This document shows positions 49,246 to 60,829 of a stretch of 64,000 nucleotides of DNA, one piece after another. A model generated the notes under the pieces. The model was not told where the DNA came from. It made no database searches and worked only from the letters and a program-made list of their open reading frames with translations. The position numbers were made by a program, and so were the translations under genes. Source of the stretch: Squalus acanthias (taxonomy: Eukaryota); the NCBI GenBank assembly GCA_030390025.1, contig CM059431.1, positions 156,676,001 to 156,740,000 of the forward strand. The letters are read 5' to 3'. Each line of letters begins with the position of its first letter. The first letter of the stretch is position 1.

Positions 49246-50502
49246 CATAGAAACATAGAAACATAGAAAATAGGTACAGGAGCAGACCATTCGGTCCTTC
49301 GAGCCTGCACCGCCATTCAATGCGTTCATGGCTGAACATGCTACCTCAGTACCCCATTCCTGCTTTCTCGCCATACCCCTTGATCCCCTTAGTTGTGAGT
49401 GTTATATCTAACTCCCTTTTGAATATATTTAGCGAACTGGCCTCAACAACCTTCTGTGGAAGAGAATTCCATAGATTCACCACTCTCTGGGTGAAGAAGT
49501 TCCTCCTCAGCTCAGTCCTAAATGGCTTCCCCTTAATCCTTAGACTGTGACCCCTGGTTCTAGTTTTCCCTACCATTGGGAACATTCTGCCCGCATCTAA
49601 TTTGTCGAAACCAGTCAGGATTTTAAATGTCTCTATAAGATCCCCCCTCATTCTTCTGAACTCCAGAGGATACAAGTTCAGTTGACCCAATCTTTCTTGA
49701 TATGTCAGTCCGGCCATCCCAGGAATCAATCTAGTGAACCTTCGCTGCACTCCCTCAATAGCAAGAATGTCCTTCCTTAAGTTAGGAGACCAAAACTGCG
49801 CACAATACTCCAGGTGTGGCCTCACCAAGGCCCTGTACAACTGTAGCATCACCTCCCTACTCCTGTACTCAAATCCCCTTGCTATGAAGGCCATCATTCC
49901 GTTTGCTTTCTTGACTGCCTGCTGCACTTGCATTCCCACCTTCAGTGACTGATGTACCATGACGCCCAGGTCTCGTTGCACCTCCCCTTTCCCTAATCTG
50001 CCACCATTCAGGTAATAGTCCGCCTCTCTATTTTTACCACCAAAGTGGATAACCTCACATTTATCCACATTGTACTTCATCTGCCATACATTTGCCCATT
50101 CACCCAACCTGTCCAAGTCACTCTGTAGCCTCCTAGCATCCTCCTCATTGTTCACACTGCCTCCCAATTTAGTGTCATCCGCAAATTTGGAGATATTACA
50201 TTTAATCCCTTCGTCCAAATCATTAATATATAATGTAAACAGCTGGGGTCCCAGCACCGAACCCTGCGGTACCCCGCTGGTCACTGCCTGCCATTCTGAA
50301 AAGTACCCATTTACTCCTACTCTTTGTTTCCTGTGTGCCAACCAGTTCTCAATCCACGTCAACACATTACCCCCAATCCCATGTGCTTTAACTTTGCTCA
50401 CCAATCTCTTGTGTGGGACCTTGTCGAAGGCCTTCTGAAAGTCCAAATACACCACATCTACTGGTTCCCCACTGTCCACCCTATTGGAAACATCCTCAAA
50501 AA
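49246..50502 (-). mobile_element. 5'-truncated CR1 LINE with open RT ORF (different subfamily)
   Basis: ORF 49346-50548: [20 protein letters not shown]; catagaaa tail. Confidence 0.95.
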
Positions 50503-51424
50503 CATTCTGTGTGGTTTTGTACAGTAATCTGTACCTGACATTTGTCATAAACCTCCACTAGCTGTTACATTTTAACGCCGATTTCCATTGTCATCCGGGA
50601 CCCTTAGCTTTCGAAGACCTACCTTTCCTCCTTATGTGAATATGCTTCATTTGTACCCTGTATATTTGCCACGAAGGCCTGCTATTGATAATTTACCGTT
50701 TTCCTGGCCAATCTTTGTTTCCAGTCCAGCTCAGCTGTACTCCTTCGCAAATCACTGAACTTGGATCATTCCAGGTGGGTATTTTCAGCTTTGCGTTCCA
50801 TTTCATCCTTTCAAATAACAACTTTAAATAAAATATAAAACGAGATTAGTTTGAAGAAGGTTTAATTCTCCTCAACAGGAATTAATTAAGAAAGGGAATA
50901 ATATGTTCTAATAAAGCTCGTTAATCAAAACTGTAAAAAAATAATTGCAAATTAATCGATAATATTGTCACATCGATATCAGAGACGACAGTGAGGGAAG
51001 CAGTGGGTAATCATAATGTCTGTGCTCCTCTCTCCTTTGAATGTACAGAAAAGGTGAGCAGGGCAATTAATGCGGGTAAAACCCGACACACTTGTGGCAT
51101 TGATAGTAATCAGTGCAAGGTTTTGTTTCAATACAATCCTTTCATTAGTTGGCTCATGGTTTACAGATACCGGCGCTGCCAGTATCTCAATGTTGACACG
51201 GCGCCCCCGTCCGCACCAGTCTGTACACTTGACTTTAAATACCCGGACAATACACAGTTGCTATTGTGTGTTATTTTTTGTCTGAACACGTCCCGACAAC
51301 TTGTTTAAGGTTGGCCTGATTCTATAGAGTAAAAGCGGAAAAAATATTAAAAATATTACATAAAACAGTCTTCATGGTAAACAATCCTTCATTCTTTAAT
51401 TCAAGTGAAATGAACCTATATATT

Positions 51425-52145
51425 GGGCCAAAAATTGATCCCGCTGCGTACTCTCGCGTATTCTCTCTCCAATTGCCAGTTTTCTGCATGCACTGCGCAT
51501 GCGCTGAAAACCGGCAATTGGTCTTTGGAAAAGGGGGCGGTTCCTCGTTACACCGCGTGCGCGCTACAGGCTGCGCGCACGCTGTGCACTTAGTGCTTTG
51601 GACGCGCAGGTAAGGACGGAAGATTTTAGAAACGAAAAAAGGAGGAGTAAGACCCACTTTTAACAAGGTAAGTAGTGAATTAAGTATTATTTTGAATTTT
51701 TTTTAACAGGTATATCTTTTTTAGAGACTTTAAAGACAGGTAAGTTTATTTTTATAACTTTTTAAAAGATTTTAAATCTTTTCAAAAATTTAATTTTTTA
51801 TTTAAAATGGTTAATTTATTTAACTATACTTATTTTATTAATGTGATTTTTTTTTATTTAATTGAGGTTTAGCTGTTATTTTGGGGGTGTGTAAGATTCA
51901 TAGCTTTCACAGCAAGTTAGTGAAACTTATGAATGGAAGATGGTGTGCTGCCATTGGCTCTAACTGAGTCACCTCATCCCACAGCTCGCACGAATTCACT
52001 ACGCCGGTGGGATAGGCAGGCACTGCCCAGCTGATGTCTGGAACATCAAGTTCCTGCGAGCTGGATCTGAAAAAGCCAACGCGGAGTGAGAGATCGCGCC
52101 TGCTCCTTACCCCCGCGGGAACAGAGCGAGATCAATTTCTGGGCC
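51425..52145. mobile_element. Harbinger-like MITE (family B), opposite orientation to 26363
   Basis: TIR gggccaaaaattgatc / gatcaatttctgggcc; TSD att. Confidence 0.88.
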
Positions 52146-52447
52146 ATTAATTGACGTCAGAATTTGCTTTTCTTCTGCAATGTGCTGATTCTGTATTAAA
52201 CTTAAAAAATATTAAAATAACGAAGCAATATTATCAATAAGGAGCATATTCTGCTGACTGTGAGCAGCGGTATTGTTCGATTCATTCCAACCAAACGTTT
52301 TTATTCTAATGATTGGAACAAATTCTTCCGAAAAAAAATGAATTTATTGATTTTCCATTACATGACCAGCAATTAAGTAAGAATATGAAGTTATATTTTA
52401 AACGTGAAAAAATATTTAAATAATAAATAGTTAACACGGAAACGCAC

Positions 52448-52639
52448 CTAATTTCCTTGAGATTAGCACTACTCTAGATGAGACGGCGTAATGCCGGAAC
52501 AGACTTGTCCGTCAATCTGTTGGCCTGTTCGCCATCCTGATTATCGTAACTGAGATCCAGCTCCACTAGTGAACGGTTTACCCGGAGAGCAGAGACAAGA
52601 CTTTCCACACAATCATCTGTGACACCGTTAGATTTTAAC
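52448..52639 (-). pseudogene. NLR LRR exon (192 nt) with in-frame stop
   Basis: ctgcag|G...AG|gtgcgt, phase 2-2; LKSNGVTDDCVESLVSALRVNRSLVELDLS...NRLTDKSVPALRRLI*SSANLKEIR. Confidence 0.85.
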
Positions 52640-52911
52640 CTGCAGTGATCGAAAAATAAACAGAGTTTATATAAAAACACACAGACACGTTAAATTTTCG
52701 CCACTTGCGAATAATTACTCTGGTTTTCCAAAATCATTGGCGGAATCCTTTTCCTGATGTATGCATGACTTCCCCCTTTCTAAATAACTTCGGCCTTAAG
52801 GTAAATTGAATAGTGATGTTGACTGATCATCATTAACACAGTAATTAGTATTATTATACATTGATAACTCTCTAGTAGTGCTGTTCGATATTTTTTTTCA
52901 AAATTACTCAC

Positions 52912-52998
52912 TCCAGTCTCTGTATTTTACATTCATTTTTCTTTAGAACAGCATAGAGACTTTTCACTCCCGAATCTCCCAGTATATTCTCATTGAGT
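52912..52998 (-). pseudogene. NLR LRR exon (87 nt), ribonuclease-inhibitor-type repeat
   Basis: tttttag|A...GA|gtgagt, phase 2-2; LNENILGDSGVKSLYAVLKKNECKIQRLE. Confidence 0.88.
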
Positions 52999-53494
52999 CT
53001 AAAAACAAATACACCAAATTATTAAGGGATGTTGAACAAAGCATCATACAGGAAATGTTGTCAATTAAGTAATGTATTTAAAGGGGGACACTTTGGACAT
53101 CCAGCAATATTATACTCATAATTCTAATTCAATTCTATGATTTGCATTACCTTAGTTGCATACAGCACATGTGGTAAAATCAGCTGCTATCAGAGAGTGT
53201 GGGAGCTTAACCCGGAAATTATCTAATGCCCGTGGTCATGTTTCAACCATACATTATAAAACGGTTACAAGTAAAGTTGGCACTGAGTTGTTGACAGTTT
53301 ACACCCTGTAAACTGGTGGTCTGTAACAAAGTGGAATCCCCCCAAAATGTCTCTCACTGGAAAATTCCCTTCATTAAAAGTAGAATTTAGGATAAAAATA
53401 GGGACCGTTCCTACGACACTTGTTTCCATTTTAGGGAAGTTATCTATTTGATGCACTGAGGTTCAAAATGCCCTTTAAACATCCCCAAGTCTAT

Positions 53495-56400
53495 TGGAGA
53501 ATCCACTGATTGGTTTTATAACAGATAGCTCGAAAGTGGCGGAAATCATGGGGGTCTTTAATCTAAATATTGACTGGGCAAATCAAATTACCACTAATGT
53601 TGTGGAGGACGAATGCTTGGAATGCTTGCGAGATGGTTTCCTGAATCAGTATGTGGAGGAACCAATCAGGGAACAGGCTATTCTGGACCTGGTACTGTGT
53701 AATGAGAAAGGGTTAATCAACAATCGTGTGGGAAAGGGTCCTTTAGGAACAGGTGAACATAATATGATTGAATTTTACATTTAGCTTCAGAGTGATGTAT
53801 TCCAATCTGAAACTAAGGTCTTCAATCTAAACAAAGGAAACAACAAGGCTATGAGGGACAACTTGGACATGGAAGATTGGGAGACTACACTAAAAGGTAT
53901 GAAGATGGACATACAATGGCTAACATTCAAGGAAATAATGCATAATTCGCAACAAACATATACTTCTCTAGGGTATAAAAACACAAAAGGAAAAGCGATC
54001 CAACCATGTCTAACAAAACAAATTAAAGCGAGTATTAAGTCAAAGGAGGAAGCTTATAAAGTTGCCAGGTAAAAGAGGTCAGCCTGAGGATTGGAATGTT
54101 TTACAAATCAACAAAGGGGGAGCAATAAATTAATAAAGAAAGGGAAAATGGAATATGAACAGAAACTAGCGAAAAATATAGAAACTGATTGTAAAAGCTT
54201 CTGTAGGTATGTGAAAAGGAAAAAACTGGCGAAGAAACGGGAGAATTTATAATGGGGAATGAGGAAATGGTTTGGAAATTAAATAAATACTTTGTTTCAT
54301 TCTTCACGGAAGAAGACACAAATCACCTCCCAGAAATACGAGAAAACCAAAGATGTGGAGAGAATAAGGAACTTAACGAAATTACTATTAATAAAAAAAG
54401 AGTACTAGCAAAACTAACGGTTATAAACGTCGATAAATCCCAAGGACCGGAGGACCTACATCCCAGGGTTTTGAAAGAGGTGGCCATTGGGATAGTGGAC
54501 GCATTGGTTGTAAGCTTACAACATTCTATAGACTAACAACGGTTCCTGCAGATGGGAAAATAGCAAATGTAAACCTGCTATAATAAGAAAGGAGTGAGAG
54601 AGAAAACGCGAAACTACAGACCTGTTAGCCTTACAACAGTAGTTGGGAAAATTATGGAATCTATTATAAAGGATGCAATAACTGGGCACTTAGAAAATAA
54701 TAGTTAAATTGGGCAGAGTCAATATGGATTTTTGAAAGGGAAATCCTGCTTTACAAACAAATAGATTTCTTTGAGGATGCAAACAGCGGAGTAGACAACG
54801 GGGAACTGGTAGATGTGATGCATTTGGATTTCGAGAAGGCGTTCGATAAGGTCTCGAACAAGAGGACGGTGAACAAAATTAGGTCACATGGAATTGGGGG
54901 TAATATACTAGCATGGATTGAGAATTGGTTAGCAGACAAAAAACAAAGAGTAGGGATAAACGTGTCTTTTTCAGAATGGCAGGCTGTGACTTGTGGAGTA
55001 CCACAAGGTTCCGTGCTTGTGCCCCAGCTATTCACAATCTACATCAATGATTTTGATGAGGGGACTAATGTAACATTTCCAAGTTTGCTGATGATACATA
55101 GATACATAGATACATAGAAGATAGGAGCAGGAGTAGGCCATCCGGCCCTTCGAGACTGCTCCGCCATTTAATGAGATCATGGCTGATCCTCCAATTCAGT
55201 ATCCCGTCCCCGCCTTCTCTCCGTAACCCTTAACCCCTAATGCCTGTAGAAATATATCTAATACCCTCTTAAATATAGTTAATGAGCTGGCGTACACTGC
55301 ACTCTGTGGCAATGAGTTCCACAGGTTCACCACCCTCTGAGTGAAGAAATTCCCCCTCATTTCTGTCCTAAATGGTTTAGCCCTTATCCTTAAATTATGT
55401 CCTCTAGTTCTGTTCTCACCCGCCAAGGGAAACATTCCTTCTGCATCTAGTCTGTCTAGACCTCTCAGAATTTTATACACTTCTATGAGGTCCCCTCTCA
55501 ATCTTCTAAACTCCAGTGTGTACATCCCTAAACTACATAGTCTTTCCTCATAGGTCAATCCCGCCATTCCTGGTATCAGCCTGGTGAATCGCCGCTGCAC
55601 CCCCTCCATGGCAAGAACATCTCTCCTCAGATGAGGCGACCAAAACTGTACACAGTACTCGAGGTGTGGTCTCACCAGTGCCCTGTACAGCTGCAGCAAG
55701 TTATCCCTGTTCCTGTATTCCAACCCTTTTGCTATGAAGGCCAGCATACCGTTTGCCTTCCTGACCGCCTGTTGCACCTGCATGCTCGCCTTCAGTGACT
55801 GGTGTACAAGAACACCCAGGTCTCTCTGTACTTCCCCCTCTCCCAATTTATTGCCATTTAAATAAAAATTTGCCCTCCCGTTCCTGCACCCAAGGTGGAT
55901 AACTTCGCACTTGTCCACATTATATTGCATCTGCCATTTATCCGCCCAATCACCCAGTCTGTCCAAATCGCTCTGGAGCTTCCTGGTCTCCTCCTCTGAG
56001 CCCACCCCCCCTCCTAGTTAAGTGTCGTCTGCAAATTTGGAAATGCTGCATCCGACTCCCTGATCCAGGTCATTAATGTAAATTGTGAACAGCTGGGGAC
56101 CCAGGACAGATCCCTGTGGTACCCCACTTGTTACTGCCTGCCATTCAGAAAATGAGCCGTTTATTCCAACTCTCTGTTTTCTATCTGACAGCCAGTTCTC
56201 TATCCACGTCAATACTTTCCCCTTTATCCCATGAGCTTCAATTTTCCCTGCTAATCTTTTTTGTGGGACCTTATCGAAGGCCTTTTGGAAGTCCAGGTAC
56301 ACCACATCTACTGGCTCTCCACCATCTATTTTACCAGTTACTCCCTCAAAAAATTCCAATAGATTAGTCAAGCACGATTTACCCTTTGTAAATCCATATT

Positions 56401-57655
56401 GACTCTGTCCTATCCTGTCCCCATTTGCTAAGTGCTCCGCTATTTCATCCTTAATTATGGACTCCAGCATTTTGCCCACAACTGATGTAAGGCTTACAGG
56501 TCTGTAATTACCTGCTTTTTCCATACCCCCCTTTTTGAATAGTGGGCTAACGTTAGCTACCCTCCAATCCATGGGCACTGTTCCCGAGTCTAATGAATTC
56601 TGAAAAATCATACTTAGTGCATCCGCTATCTCTAGGGCCACCTCCTTCAGTATCCTAGGATGCATGTTATCAGGCCCTGGGGATTTGTCCGCCTTCAATC
56701 CCTTTAGCTTCCTTAACACCATATCCTTAGAGATATGATACAAAGCTAGGTGTCACTGTCAGTTGAGAAGAGGATCTGAAGAGGCTTCACGGGGAACTTG
56801 ACAGGCTCAGTGAGTGGGCGAGAACATGGCAGATGGAATATAATGTGGACAAATGTGAAGTTATCCACTTTGGTAGAAAAAACAGAAAGGCAGAATATTT
56901 CCTAAATGGTGAAAGATTGGGGAATGCAAATGCATAAATATCCTTGTACATGAGTCACTGAAAGTGAATGTGCAGGTGCAGCAAACCATTACGAAGGCAA
57001 ATGGTATGCTGACATTCATTGCAAAAGTATTTGAGTACAGCAGTAAAGAATCTGACTTCAATTATATACGGCCTTGGTGGGACCACAACTGGAGTATGTG
57101 TAAATTTAAGGTCTCCTTACCTAGGGAAGCATATACTTGACATAGAGGGAGTGCAACAAAGGTTCTTGAGATTGATTCCAGGGATGGCGAGACTGTCGTA
57201 TGAGAAGTGATTGAGGAAATAGGCCTGTATTCTCTTGAATTAAGAAGAATGAGAGAGGACCTCATTGAAACATACAAAATTATTACAGGGCTTGAAAGGG
57301 TGGATGCTGGGAGAATGTTTCCCTTGGCTGCGGTGTCTAGAACCACGGGCCACAGCCTCAGAATAAAGGGTAGGCCATTCAGTACTGAGATGAGAAGAAA
57401 TTTCTTCACACGGAGGGTGGTGAGTTTTTGCAATTCTCTACCCCAGATGGCTGTGGAGGCTCAGTCATTGGTATATTCAAAACAGAAGTCGATAGATTTC
57501 TGACTAGTACGGGCATCAAGGGATATGGCGATAGGGCCGGTAAATGGAGTTGAGTCAAAAGATCAGCCATGAACTCATTGAATAACGGAGGAGGCTCGAA
57601 GGGCCGAATGGTTTACTCCTGCTCTTATTTATTATGTTCCTATGTTCTTATGTTC
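53495..57655 (+). mobile_element. CR1 LINE ORF2, degenerate, split by a young CR1
   Basis: APE (QYVEEP, ILDLVL), RT ([18 protein letters not shown]); resumes at 56736 with gatacaaagctagg. Confidence 0.9.
55094..56735 (-). mobile_element. Young 5'-truncated CR1 LINE (stop/frameshift near 56005-56020)
   Basis: Nearly identical to 47487-49140; flanking repeat atgataca at 55091-55098 and 56735-56742. Confidence 0.95.
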
Positions 57656-57929
57656 TTCTATGCATATGAACAGATGGAGAGACATTCCCACTTATTTATA
57701 CATCTCTCCCGACCTCTAATGATGTCTTGGCACAGCAATGGCACGAGAAAGAGTACTCAGAAGTTGAGGAATCGCAGACACGAACCCACATCTAACAGTT
57801 TCAGTTGGAATCAGTGTGCTCAACAACAACGTTATTAGTTCAGCAAATCCGATCGGATCGAAGAAATGGGAACATCCTAACGGTAAATCTATAACTCGCT
57901 TGTAAATTAATCAAACTTTTTTTACAGTT

Positions 57930-58280
57930 TAATAAAAGGGAAATATTTTTTTACTGATCATGTTCCAGTGGCAAAACTGTCCTCAACCAGAAAGCACAGA
58001 CTGAAGGTAATTTGGGAAAAAAATCCAGATGCGAGATAAGGGAATACATTCGGCAATGAGTTGTCATGATCCGAAATGCACTGCCTGAAATGCTGGTGGA
58101 AGCAGACTCAATAGTAACTTTCAAAAGGCAATTGGATAAATACTTGAAGGAGATAAAATTGCAGGACAATGGATAAAGAGTTGGGAGTGGGACTAAATGG
58201 ATATCTCTTTCGGAAAACCAGAAATGGCACGATGGGCGGAAGGGCCTCCTTCTATGCTGTAAGATTTTGTGATTCTGTGA
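57930..58280 (+). mobile_element. Old CR1 3' fragment
   Basis: gcactgcctgaa...ttcaaaaggcaattggataaatacttgaagg...gggcctccttctatgctgt. Confidence 0.65.
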
Positions 58281-58609
58281 AATTGTGTTATATCCCAATA
58301 TAGATGACTAAGTGGATATCGCACAGATCAATCCAGAATTCCATGTGGTGCGAAAAGTGCGCAAGATTCGGATATGATGTTGCCAACACCGAATCTGATT
58401 TAATTAAATGAGCACCACAAAACGTTCAGGTATTACCCGAACAGACCGTCTCTTACCGTACCATTTAGCACAGCAGAGATTGAAATGAGAGAATGTGCCC
58501 ATTAATTGATATAATTCAGTATATGTTTTTGCTATTAAGTAATATTATGCCACTTGCCAGTAACACAGTTATGGTTCATAATATTATTTATCGATATCGA
58601 TGAATTTAC

Positions 58610-59145
58610 TGAGTATTTTTCGTTTGTGTATCACGGGCTCCAGCTGATGTATACCTTCATCCTGTACAGCACAACTACCGAGATTCAGCTCTTCTATGAC
58701 TTCAACGTTTATTAATGCAGTTGAAAGAACCGCACAGTCAGAAGTTTTAAGGGGACACTGTATGAATTGTATTGTATTTATCGGTGTTAATGCGGCCTTC
58801 AGCAGTTTTAATTCGCCAAATTCAAGAAAATAATACAATATCTTAAAGAATGTCATTTGGCTTTGCCCATCTTCCATGTTCTGAACACGTCTTTTGACAT
58901 TTTCCGTTGGCCAATCCGACACACACGCGGCTTCTTTAGATGGAAATTCCCTCAATTTGCTTTCAAGCTGTTCAGTTGAATTCCTTGTGGAGAGACCATA
59001 ACGAAATCGCGAAAATGTCTTAAATTTGTCGTCACTGCACGCATGCCATTCATTGAGCAAGCGTGTCAGGTCATTTCGTGGTGTACTTAGACATTTAAGA
59101 AGTGCAGCAACCGCGACCTGCATAACGGAATGAGTGAATGTGTAC
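58610..59145 (-). pseudogene. NLR (NLRP/NLRC3-like) large-exon remnant: winged-helix end, HD2 and first LRRs
   Basis: YTFTHSVMQVAVAAL resembles the NLR motif F.H..IQEF.AA; FSRFRYGLS; ILYYFLEFGE; LKTSDCAVLSTAL...IEELNLGSCAVQDEGIHQLEPVIHK. Confidence 0.85.
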
Positions 59146-59869
59146 TCACCATTGGACCAAACGAAAGTGCCGGTTTCACGCATGCACTGCGCATGTGCTG
59201 GAAACCGGAACTTCCGTTCCTTTGAAGGAAGGGGTTCGGAGGTCATTGCGTGCGCCGGTGAGGCAGCGCGTTCGCAGCGGACTTCCGCTTTTTTTCAGGT
59301 TTCTCTGTGAGGGTCAGTATCCAGCAGCTGCGTGGGAAAAAGCAGGAGCAAGGCCTGCTTTTAACAAGGTAAGTGTTAAATTAAGTAAAATTTAAACATT
59401 TTTTCCACAGGTTTAACTTTTTTAAATTCTTTAAAAGAAAGGTAAGTTCATTTTAGCCCCCTAAAAATTTTAATAAATTTTTTCAAAATTTTAAATTTTT
59501 GTTCAAAATAGTTAATTTATGTAATTTATAATTATTTTAAAAATGTGCTTTTTAAAAAAAAAATATTTGAAGTTTTAGTTTAGGTTGAAGGTTTTGGGGC
59601 CGATCTCTATTCAGAGATTTGACAGATCTTCCTGTCAAATCTATGAATGGAGATTCCCTGCTCCATTTGGCTCTCCATGGCCCACGTGATCCCAGCGGAC
59701 GCTTCGAACTAACTGCGCCCCTGGGATACGCAAGCACGACACACCGGCAGCATGAGGAGACCCAGGATCGGAATCCCACGCGGGCCCACGGCACAACGGC
59801 AAGCGCGCTAGTTAAGTGCAGGTTGGGGGCTTGTACCCGCGGGAAGCCTGCGACCCGAATTTCTGTCCC
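59139..59869. mobile_element. Harbinger-like MITE (family B) missing its left terminus
   Basis: Interior matches 51425 and the reverse complement of 26363; right end gaatttctgtccc|att. Confidence 0.82.
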
Positions 59870-60829
59870 ATTGTTTTTGCTTTTTCCTCCTGTCTCCACT
59901 TAGGCACAGATTCTTCATCTTGACGTTCCTCGCTTTACCGGGACCCTGCTGTGAGTGGCCTAAACTTAATGAAAGTGATTTTTTTTTACATTTACTGGCG
60001 GGAATGGTGCGCGGAAATTTTCCGGGGGAGGCCGATCCGATAACAACCGCAAGGCAATTTTTGACCATATATTTCCTCTCACTCCGAGATCAGGCAGGCG
60101 GCCAAAAAATGAAAGACAATGCAGTGAATAACGAAAGGAATGGGCGAAGTGTTAGCAAGTTGGATTGCAAATCTAGCCTTGACGAATCGGCAACATGTGC
60201 GGATAGACGCTCGAATATCCTTCCCACTCTTGATCAAACAATAATTGGTCGCGACCACATTGCTTCTTGGCCGTTAAGGTGCTATCACACTCTCGGGGTT
60301 ACTTTAGCTTTTCTTCCTACTGTCAAACAGTCGATAGATGCTCAGTGATTAACCTCTCGATTGGGTGTCCTATATTGTGCGTTTTACACAGTCTAAGTTA
60401 CCCCCAATACTTAAAGATGGAATCAGCATATTATCAAAATCCACACGGGAGGTCGAAAATGTGTTTTCAGATTCGACGCCATGTTGCAATGTGTAGCTTG
60501 GAAGTAGTTCAAAGCTATTATAATACCGCAGCATTCATGAACAGATACGGTAACCCACGGCCTCGGTTTCCGGCATTGCTAATCCGGTTTTGTTTTCTGG
60601 CACAGCAGCACAAATATTATTAGCGACAGAATATTAACAATTTCTAGATTGCAGTGCTATGGAGAAATAGAAGGGAGTTGGTCTAATTGGCTAGCTCTTT
60701 GAAAGAGACGGCATTGGCACGATGGGGCAAAGGGCCTTCTATGGCAATAAGATTATATCCATATATTTAGCATCTTGAACATGGGAACATTCATTCCCTC
60801 GAGTTCATTCCGACATTCAAAGACATCAT

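Noticed and set aside
50980..51321. Candidate terminal NLR exon after acceptor ttttactctatag
   Set aside because: The translation (IRPTLNKLSGRVQTKNNTQ*) shows no LRR pattern and cannot be supported without transcripts.
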